Virus record (IMG/VR): IMGVR_UViG_3300004213_000001
Location: 1-61,687 of that record
Strand: one strand, 5' to 3'
Length of the DNA: 61,687 bases
Origin: a virus
Lineage: Duplodnaviria > Caudoviricetes
Numbering within the stretch: position 1 is the first letter of the stretch; each line of letters opens with the position of its first letter. Both the position numbers and the translations under genes were made by a program. Under the pieces are notes generated by a model. That model made no database searches. It was not told where the DNA came from and worked only from the letters and a program-made list of their open reading frames with translations. Below are positions 54,742 through 61,687 of the stretch, piece after piece.

Positions 54742-56250
54742 CTACTCGGCTCCATCGGCTGCTCCCTCGTCCGTGCTGCCCGTACCGCTCTCCTCGTTCA
54801 GCCGCGCCCCGAAGGGGTCCACCGCAGCGGCCTCTTGAGCAGCCGCCCCGGCAATCAACTCCGCCTCGTTCGGGGCAAAGACGAAGCCGAGTTTCGCTGC
54901 GTGCGCTCGGGCCGTCTCGGCGCTCATGATCTTGCCCGTGACGAGTTCCGTCAGCAGTCCGACCTCTGCCTTTCGGTTCTGCGGAAGGGGGTCCCCGAAG
55001 GTCGGGAGGATTCGCGTGTTCTCCAGGTTCCACGACTCGTAGACGAGGAACCAGTTGCGCAGGTCGTAGAACAGATGCGCCAGCGTTTCGGAGACCATGT
55101 CCTGCTTCTCCTCGGCGCGAGAGAGAATCGGAGCCATCTGCATCTGGAGAGCGATTCCGCTCTCGGCCACCTGGACGTCCACCTTTCCGATGGCCGCGTC
55201 GTTGGTGCCCGAGGCCATCTTCGTGAAGTCCCAGAGCATTCCGATGTGGTCCGCGAACGGGGCGACGCTGTCGATGCCTTTGACGCGCTCCAGCGGCTCG
55301 GTGAGGTTGTCGATCACACGGCCCGGCGCGATGACCCAGGGCACGTCCGCACCCTCTTCGTCCACGGGGCTGCCAGAGGCCGTCGTGTAGACGCCCAGCC
55401 CCTCCAGGGCCAGCGCGATGTCCTCGTCGCTGATTGACTGGTTCATGCTCGCCATGATGCGCTCCAGCCCACGCATCTCGGAGGAGCCGAAGGGGTTGGC
55501 GGGCTGCTCGAAGTTCTTGATGTGGTAGACGGGGATGGTCGTGATGCGCGGGTCCAGTGGAGTCGGATTGACCACCACGTACTCCGGTGCACCGTCGATC
55601 TTGAACGCCTTGTCCGGGTCGTACACCGCCAGCGAGTACATGATCGCCGTCTGGTTCCCCAGGTTGTCGAAGACCTTCTCGTAGGTCTCCTTCCGCAGCC
55701 GGGTCTTTCCGTCGGTGTCGACGAACTCCTCGGCCAGGTGCACCTTCTCCAGCCGGTCCAAGTCGTCGTCCGCGTAGACCGGGAAGTACGTGGCCGGATC
55801 GACCGTTCGGACGCTGACGCGGGTGCCCGCCACCTTGTTCGGATTGGCGACGATGTGGAAGAGCCAGTCGCCGCGCATGATGCCGTACAACTTCGACGAA
55901 GAGAACTTGGTCTTGAAGGCCTCTCGCATGAACCAGTCGTCGAAGACCTGCTTCGCGAGTTCCTGCTCCGCCCCTGCGGTCACACCCGGCGCGGGGATGA
56001 CGTTGAATCCGAGACGCTTGCACATGTATCGGTTCATCGTGTCGACGATGATGCGACCGGAGGGCAGGTAGATCGGGAGAGAATCCGAACCACGGACCAT
56101 CAGTTCGAACGTCTCGGGGTGATTCCAGTAGATCTCCTCGTACGTCTGGTACGAAGCGATCCTCTCCTTGTCCAGTTCAGGCACCCAGGAGGGAAAGACC
56201 GTCGTGAACGGCGAGATCGTCGAGTACGGGGTGAACACTCCGTTAGCCAC
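54742..56250 (-). CDS. Portal protein
   Basis: After TerL; PVYHIKN, FGSSEM, ESGIAL; about 500 aa. Confidence 0.9.
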   Translation of the reverse strand: MANGVFTPYSTISPFTTVFPSWVPELDKERIASYQTYEEIYWNHPETFELMVRGSDSLPIYLPSGRIIVDTMNRYMCKRLGFNVIPAPGVTAGAEQELAKQVFDDWFMREAFKTKFSSSKLYGIMRGDWLFHIVANPNKVAGTRVSVRTVDPATYFPVYADDDLDRLEKVHLAEEFVDTDGKTRLRKETYEKVFDNLGNQTAIMYSLAVYDPDKAFKIDGAPEYVVVNPTPLDPRITTIPVYHIKNFEQPANPFGSSEMRGLERIMASMNQSISDEDIALALEGLGVYTTASGSPVDEEGADVPWVIAPGRVIDNLTEPLERVKGIDSVAPFADHIGMLWDFTKMASGTNDAAIGKVDVQVAESGIALQMQMAPILSRAEEKQDMVSETLAHLFYDLRNWFLVYESWNLENTRILPTFGDPLPQNRKAEVGLLTELVTGKIMSAETARAHAAKLGFVFAPNEAELIAGAAAQEAAAVDPFGARLNEESGTGSTDEGAADGAE

Positions 56251-56278
56251 GCTGGCCCCTTTCAGTCACGGCCACAGT

Positions 56279-57727
56279 CTAGCCTCGGGTTCGGGCCGCG
56301 TGCTGACGAGGACGGGCCTTCGCAGCCGCCCCGATGTGCCCAGCGAAGAATCGGGAAAGGGCCTCGGGTGCGTGGTCGTCCTTCTTCAACGGATTCTCCT
56401 GCGACGGCCCCTTCGTGTTCACGTCCGGATAGCGATATGCGTCCATCTCGCGCCGAAGGTTCGTGCACGAACGGTCGATCAGCATCTTCGGCTGGCGGTC
56501 CGGATGCCCGAACTGAAGGTGCGTGTTCTGAACCTTCAGCGCATCCCGAATCAGCCGGATGCGGTTCTTCAGTTCACCACCAGTACCGCCCGCGCTCTTG
56601 GTCTTCCACCGCAGCCGCAGTGTGGCCGTTGCGCCAGGGTCCTCGGGGTCGGGGTAGATGGCCGCGATCTTCGGCACCAGCGGGCCGAGTTGCGGGTCGT
56701 CAATCACCGACTGAGCGAACTCCTCGTCCGTCTCCATGTTCCGGTAGTACTCGCCGATGATGTGGATGTCACCGAAGGGTCCAACCTGAATGAAGAGCGC
56801 CACATTCGGATTCGTATATCCGTAGTCAGTGGCGACGTAGAGAGGCCAGTCTGGATTGTACGTCAGATTCCGAACGTGCACTTCCTCGTCATAGTCGTAA
56901 TAGACGCGGCCCGCGTACTCGGTGAACGAGCACTCGACCTCCTGGCTGAACAACAGCGGTCCCAGGTCCCAGAAGAGGGAGACCACCTCGGGGTCAGCGC
57001 CCAGGTCCAGCGCCATCTGCGGACCGGCACCAGGGGCGGCGGAGCGCATCATCTTCAACTGGAAGTCAGTGATGCCCTTCTTGAACACGAACTGATTCAG
57101 CCAGGACGGAGAGCGGAAACTCTCCCACTCCTTGACGAGCGGATTCTGACCTTGCTCGTAGAGTTCGTAGAACCAGTTCTTTCCCTCCGGAGTGCTATTC
57201 CAGAGAGACCAGCCGTTGAAGTCGGAAAGGGTGGGTCGGACGAACTTGCTCCACACCGACTCCTTCATCTTCGCGGCCTCAGCCATGATGACGCCGTGCA
57301 GCCCCTCACCGACGAGCGATTCAGGCTTCGCCGCGCTCTTTGCCAGCACCAGCATCGAGCCATTGAACAGGGAGACAGCCATGTTCCCGGACCGAGAGTC
57401 GTTGTAGGTGCCGGGCCGATCCATCGGCAACTTGAGACGACGGCAGTCGTTGTAGAAGACCCGGAACTCCTTCTCCGAGTCGGTGTAGTTCGGGCCGACG
57501 ATCCAGTACTCCATTCGGATGCCGAGTTCCTCCAGCATTTTCTTATTCCCGTGCGCTCGGAAAGCCTCGGGGATCAACTCGTGACCCCCGAGGGTGCTCT
57601 TTCCGAACCGTCGGCCAGCCGCGTTCACCCGGTGCCGGGAGAGGCTCGCGTGAACCTTCTCCTGACCCTTGTGCGGCTGGTAGCCCAGGCCAGGCCAAAC
57701 CCGGTCCTTGACGATGACGCGGGGCAT
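56279..57727 (-). CDS. terL: Terminase large subunit
   Basis: AGRRFGKS Walker A, STPEG.NWFY, ATDYGYTNP, DDHAPEAL. Confidence 0.92.
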   Translation of the reverse strand: MPRVIVKDRVWPGLGYQPHKGQEKVHASLSRHRVNAAGRRFGKSTLGGHELIPEAFRAHGNKKMLEELGIRMEYWIVGPNYTDSEKEFRVFYNDCRRLKLPMDRPGTYNDSRSGNMAVSLFNGSMLVLAKSAAKPESLVGEGLHGVIMAEAAKMKESVWSKFVRPTLSDFNGWSLWNSTPEGKNWFYELYEQGQNPLVKEWESFRSPSWLNQFVFKKGITDFQLKMMRSAAPGAGPQMALDLGADPEVVSLFWDLGPLLFSQEVECSFTEYAGRVYYDYDEEVHVRNLTYNPDWPLYVATDYGYTNPNVALFIQVGPFGDIHIIGEYYRNMETDEEFAQSVIDDPQLGPLVPKIAAIYPDPEDPGATATLRLRWKTKSAGGTGGELKNRIRLIRDALKVQNTHLQFGHPDRQPKMLIDRSCTNLRREMDAYRYPDVNTKGPSQENPLKKDDHAPEALSRFFAGHIGAAAKARPRQHAARTRG

Positions 57728-57730
57728 GAC

Positions 57731-58099
57731 TCAGACGCATCCGACGGGGTAGTAGATGACCTCCGCCGTCCGGCTGGTGTCCGTGCTGTCGGTGAAGTTG
57801 ATCCGGTGCGTCGTGTCGCACTCCGACGTGTCGATCAGCACCGTGCCGGTCTCGACGACAGAGACGAACAGCCGCCGCTCGATGGCGATCCGGATGCCGC
57901 AGATGTTGGTCGACGTCTTCTGGCCCGGCTGGAGAGTGAACGAGCCGCCCGAGCAGGGGTACACCACGACGCCCACAGAGTCGACGTAGTTGACGGTGTT
58001 GGTCCAGAACGGGGTCGCGGCTGCGGCAGGCTCAGCGGCGAGGGTGAGGGCCGCCAGGCCGACCGCTGCGGTGAGCCCGGCTCGCTTCAGACCCTTCAC
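57731..58099 (-). CDS. Small secreted protein
   Basis: MKGLKRAGLTAAVGLAALTLAAEPAAA signal; four Cys. Confidence 0.65.
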   Translation of the reverse strand: MKGLKRAGLTAAVGLAALTLAAEPAAAATPFWTNTVNYVDSVGVVVYPCSGGSFTLQPGQKTSTNICGIRIAIERRLFVSVVETGTVLIDTSECDTTHRINFTDSTDTSRTAEVIYYPVGCV

Positions 58100-58266
58100 C
58101 ACTGCACCCGACGCTTCCGGAGGAGGAACTGCATCAGCAGCGTGAAGGCGATGCCTCCGAACCACGCGAGGAAGCAGAGACCGAAGGTCTCCGGGCTGGG
58201 CGTACGCAGGATGACCCACGTCAGCATCGCCGCTCCGAGCGCGAAGAAAAGGATGAAGTATCTCAT
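58096..58266 (-). CDS. Small two-TM membrane protein
   Basis: MRYFILFFALG...; 4-nt overlaps. Confidence 0.6.
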   Translation of the reverse strand: MRYFILFFALGAAMLTWVILRTPSPETFGLCFLAWFGGIAFTLLMQFLLRKRRVQW

Positions 58267-58502
58267 AGGGCCTCCTCGTGGATGAACTGCCATCCTATCA
58301 GCCCGTTCGGCCCGCTCGTTGATTCGGTCCTCACTCCACATTCACAGGCGGAGACGCCGACCAACTTCATTTCCCGAGTGTGTCGCATCTCCTCGTCCAT
58401 CGGAATGACGTGGCAGACGTGGACGGCATAGGTGATATCCGTCGGCCCGAGGTCCAGAAAGAACCTCGGGCCTTCGAACACTCCCCATTCAGTGTCAGAC
58501 AC
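58263..58502 (-). CDS. Hypothetical protein
   Basis: HVIP.DE...H...CECG...IH. Confidence 0.6.
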   Translation of the reverse strand: MSDTEWGVFEGPRFFLDLGPTDITYAVHVCHVIPMDEEMRHTREMKLVGVSACECGVRTESTSGPNGLIGWQFIHEEAL

Positions 58503-59238
58503 GCGGCACCAGATAGAGCGCGTACGAGTAGCGCCCCTTCGCGCCGATGGCGCATCCGAAGAGCCAGCAGGGCACGCCGTTCACCGTGAGAGAGGCGACG
58601 CCCTCCGGCTCGAACTTGTAGTCCAGCACCGTGCCGTCGGCCTTCCGTCCGAAGTACACCGCGTCGATGGTGGCCCAGAGGGAGACGCCCTTGATGAACT
58701 TCACGTTGGCTGGGACGATCTCGTCTCCGTCGTACCGGGGCCGGGGTCCGTCGGCGTCGTAGACCGACCCGTACAGCCGCGCCAGCACACCGTCGGCCCC
58801 TTCCTCGCTCTGGAGCCACGGACCCTTCGCAGGCAGCCCTGAGCGCTTGTAGGGCCAGGTGGCGGCCAGGGTCGCGCCGTCCCACGTGAACTTGACGCCC
58901 GAGCCGTCCGACTGGCAGAGGTACAGCACGTCGTTGACGCTGGTCAGGTAGTCGCCGTGCGCGTCGTACGGCAGGTCTCGCGTCTGCTTCGTGCCGTCCG
59001 CATAGAAGCGCGTCAGGAGAACATGCGAGGGCTGGCCGTAGGTCTCCTCCGCGTACTCCTGCGAGACCACGATGCTGCCGTCGGAGAGCGCCGTCATGTC
59101 CTGCATGATCTGCGACCGGTCGGCCAGCACCAGCGTCTTCCAGATGGAGAGGAAGGGGCTGTTGATCCGGTCGTCGAGGAGACCCACGTACTCGGGTCCG
59201 ATGACCGGAGTGTCGATACCCCACTCAGGCTTCGCCAT
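58495..59238 (-). CDS. Hypothetical protein, possibly beta-propeller-like
   Basis: IMQDM, HGD, EPEGVA motifs. Confidence 0.55.
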   Translation of the reverse strand: MAKPEWGIDTPVIGPEYVGLLDDRINSPFLSIWKTLVLADRSQIMQDMTALSDGSIVVSQEYAEETYGQPSHVLLTRFYADGTKQTRDLPYDAHGDYLTSVNDVLYLCQSDGSGVKFTWDGATLAATWPYKRSGLPAKGPWLQSEEGADGVLARLYGSVYDADGPRPRYDGDEIVPANVKFIKGVSLWATIDAVYFGRKADGTVLDYKFEPEGVASLTVNGVPCWLFGCAIGAKGRYSYALYLVPRV

Positions 59239-59641
59239 TGTTCTTCTCCTTCGTCTTGTTCCACTCGGCGTGAATGTACTCCGCCACGTATCCGACGAGA
59301 TAAGCGAATGCCTCGCTCATCCCATTGTGCTTCTGACCGACGTGCGTCAAGATCATTCCGCCCACGTGCACAGCCTCGTGAGTGATAGTGTTGATGACGT
59401 ACGTGTCGGGCTGGTTCACGTCGATATAGACGACGACGTGATACTCGTGCGTCTTCGTGTCGGTGGCGTCGTATGTGACGCCAGCCGAATCCGGGGCTTC
59501 CTCGTCCCAATTGAATCGCTTGCACCAGACGAGCACTTCGTCTTTGGTCAGACACACGTGGAGAAGGGTCTCGTACGGGTCTAGGCGCTTGCTGCGCCGA
59601 ACAGGCTTCTTGGCCCCTGGCTCAGGGCGGGGTGGCGTCAC
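59225..59641 (-). CDS. HEXXH metallopeptidase-like protein
   Basis: TITHEAVH...EAFAYL. Confidence 0.7.
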   Translation of the reverse strand: MTPPRPEPGAKKPVRRSKRLDPYETLLHVCLTKDEVLVWCKRFNWDEEAPDSAGVTYDATDTKTHEYHVVVYIDVNQPDTYVINTITHEAVHVGGMILTHVGQKHNGMSEAFAYLVGYVAEYIHAEWNKTKEKNNGEA

Positions 59642-60000
59642 GCCTTCTTGGCCTTGCCCTTGCCCAGCCCGTAGCCGCCGTGCGTGGGCGCGCTCGCCGC
59701 GTCCGGCCGGAGGCTAGGGTCGGCCGTGGCAAGCCGCTGGACGGCCTGTACGTCGACAGGGGCGGGGTTGGGTACTTCGGCCCGGAGCAACTGCACCTCG
59801 GCCCTCAGATCGTCGTTCTCCACCTGTAGCGCGGCCAACTGCTCGGGCAGCCCGATATCCCACGGGTCGCCTGCCAATAGCCTGTTGATGATAGCGATCT
59901 GGTTCGCTATCTGTGCCTGCCGACGGCGGTCCAGTTCTTCCGCCCTCTTGATCGTGAGAGCAGCCTGTTCTATCTGCTTCCGAATCGGATTGTCAGCCAT
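59638..60000 (-). CDS. Hypothetical coiled-coil protein
   Basis: Start MADNPI overlapping TerS stop. Confidence 0.55.
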   Translation of the reverse strand: MADNPIRKQIEQAALTIKRAEELDRRRQAQIANQIAIINRLLAGDPWDIGLPEQLAALQVENDDLRAEVQLLRAEVPNPAPVDVQAVQRLATADPSLRPDAASAPTHGGYGLGKGKAKKA

Positions 60001-60652
60001 TCCCCGTCTCCTTCTGCTCCTCGCGCCGCTCCAGGTATTCCTGAGCGTTCGCGATCGCCTGGTCCTCTGCCACCGTTGCCACCGCGCCGGAAAGCATCTC
60101 CTCCCACGGGGCGGCCTGCACGAATTCGACGCGCTCCGGCACCTTGCCCTCCAGCCGCTCAATGACGAACTGAGCCGCCTTCAGCCGGTCTGACGCCTTC
60201 TGGCTCTCGTCGTTGGCGATCTGCGTCATCGCATCGATGGCCTGAAGGTAGTTCTCCTGATACAGCCTCTTGCCGCGCTTCATCAGTTCCCGCACGCAGG
60301 CATCGTGGAAAGCACGAGGTACTAACTTCGGAGGCCTTCCGCTGAAACCACCCCTCGAGTCAAACAACTGCCCTCGCGCCAGTTCTCGAGGATGCAGCGC
60401 AGCCGCGAACTCTTCCCAGGTGTAGTCCCCGTCCTGAACGTGCTGCGTGATCTCCGACCACCGCTTGCCCATCCGGACCGTCTTCTGGCGACGCTCGTCG
60501 ACGTGGCCGTGCCCACCAGGCGGCGGCACCTCCAACTGAGACATGTCCTCCATGTCATCAGGAGCGTCCTCGATGCCCATCTCGAGGCGCTCCGCCAACT
60601 CGCGTTGCATCGCGAGGTCGTTGGGGTGATTAGCCCCGCGTGGTGAAGTCAT
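59993..60652 (-). CDS. Terminase small subunit (putative)
   Basis: ELARGQ.....G.F.GRPPK, DRLKAAQFVIERLEGKVPE; upstream of TerL. Confidence 0.65.
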   Translation of the reverse strand: MTSPRGANHPNDLAMQRELAERLEMGIEDAPDDMEDMSQLEVPPPGGHGHVDERRQKTVRMGKRWSEITQHVQDGDYTWEEFAAALHPRELARGQLFDSRGGFSGRPPKLVPRAFHDACVRELMKRGKRLYQENYLQAIDAMTQIANDESQKASDRLKAAQFVIERLEGKVPERVEFVQAAPWEEMLSGAVATVAEDQAIANAQEYLERREEQKETGNG

Positions 60653-60654
60653 GC

Positions 60655-60858
60655 TCAGTCCCTGTCTCGCGAGAAGCCCTCGTCGGTCCGAGTGCGCTTC
60701 TCCATCTTCAGTTCGCGGGCGAGGGCTGCCTCCATCGTGTCGGTCGGGTCAGCCGGGTCCATGGCCCGCTCCAGCCGCATCACCTCTGCGGGCTTCAGGT
60801 CGCGCTTGTAGCCCGTGCGACCGCGCCCCTCGCCGTACTCGCTCCACCGATTCGCCAT
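60655..60858 (-). CDS. Hypothetical protein, probably leaderless
   Basis: TAGAGT lies 6 nt before the ATG. Confidence 0.6.
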   Translation of the reverse strand: MANRWSEYGEGRGRTGYKRDLKPAEVMRLERAMDPADPTDTMEAALARELKMEKRTRTDEGFSRDRD

Positions 60859-60999
60859 GCGCCTACTCTATCCGGAAATGCGGAAAAGGACCCACCGAAG
60901 GCCCTCGATCTTGCCTCCAGTGGAGTCCTCTTCCACTACTTCAACTAATAATAACTCTCTCTTCTCTCTATTCTCTCTCTCGAAAGTAGTATCTACTAC

Positions 61000-61161
61000 T
61001 TAGAGAGACCCCAGCCAGATCAGACTCTTCACGACCAACGTTCCGATCGTGACCACGAACGCGAGCCCGAGCCCGAACACTATGATCGCGCTGAGCAGCC
61101 CGGCCAGCCCGTTGACCCACCTCGGCGTCGGCTTGCCCGGTCCTTCCTCTTCACCCTTCAT
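61000..61161 (-). CDS. Small membrane protein
   Basis: MKGEEE start overlapping RuvC stop; hydrophobic C-terminal half. Confidence 0.55.
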   Translation of the reverse strand: MKGEEEGPGKPTPRWVNGLAGLLSAIIVFGLGLAFVVTIGTLVVKSLIWLGSL

Positions 61162-61627
61162 TCCCCTCCCCTCCCCTCCTGCGACGGGCCGGTGCGGCGG
61201 CCGGGGTGGAACACCGCTCGGAGATCGGCGTGCGAACCGTACTTCCGAGCGAACAGGATTCCGTGCCGCAGGGCGTCTCGGGAATGTCCGCCCATCGCCT
61301 CCCCGCCGCCGTCGTACAGATTCCACCGCCGCAGCCGCCCGTCCGTCACGACGCGCTTCGCATCGCTGCTGGTCTGCTTCACGAGGTGCAGTCCACTTCC
61401 GCGCATCTCCTGCTCGTATCGAGCGGTGATGCGGACCGGGGCCAGCAGCGACCGCGACTTCTCCGAGCGGAACAGGAGGAAGTCCTCGATCACCACGACG
61501 AAGGTGTCCACGACGGGGTCGACGACCTCTTCCACCCAGGCGAGCCGGGTCAGCGTCGCCATCGTGCTGGCGTTGCCTTCCTCGTCAACCTTCCAGTCGC
61601 CCTTGAGGCCGAACTGCGCGTTGTGCA
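61158..61627 (-). CDS. RuvC-like Holliday junction resolvase, C-terminal part
   Basis: VVIEDF and HSRDALRH acidic motifs; joined product about 205 aa. Confidence 0.75.
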
Positions 61628-61687
61628 CCCGCCCGCCCCTCGCGGCGTCCCGCAGGGCGCTAGTCGCCCCCTCGTTGATCAGGAGGC
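61628..61687. repeat. Terminal direct repeat copy 2 (circular assembly overlap)
   Basis: Identical to 1-60. Confidence 0.95.

Overview
The window is an apparently complete, circularly permuted, high-GC actinobacterial siphovirus genome of about 61.6 kb. Bases 1-60 are repeated at 61628-61687, and a RuvC-like gene reads in frame across that join. Essentially all real genes are on the minus strand. In transcription order the modules are: TerS/TerL/portal; a MuF-like gene coupled to a papain-fold toxin-domain protein and a small candidate immunity gene; fibre, GH16 and EEP genes inside the head module; scaffold, capsid, tail and a split lysis cassette; an early region built from promoter-RBS-gene-terminator cassettes sharing a conserved motif; SNF2, Cas4-like, Sak4-like and SSB genes; a Toprim primase-MCM helicase fusion; and a nucleotide-metabolism operon around DnaE (FAD oxidoreductase, HAD phosphatase, Nmad1/DUF1599-like, VOC-like, SDR, MazG-like, variant ThyX, AEP-like, JAB). 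I saw no integrase, repressor, tRNA or CRISPR array. The best candidate for an undescribed system is the DnaE-linked nucleotide/DNA modification operon together with its structured RNA leader. Also notable are the early cassette array, the MuF-toxin-immunity locus, four small secreted proteins and apparent genome-wide AGCT avoidance. All assignments are motif-based by eye; no database searches were run.
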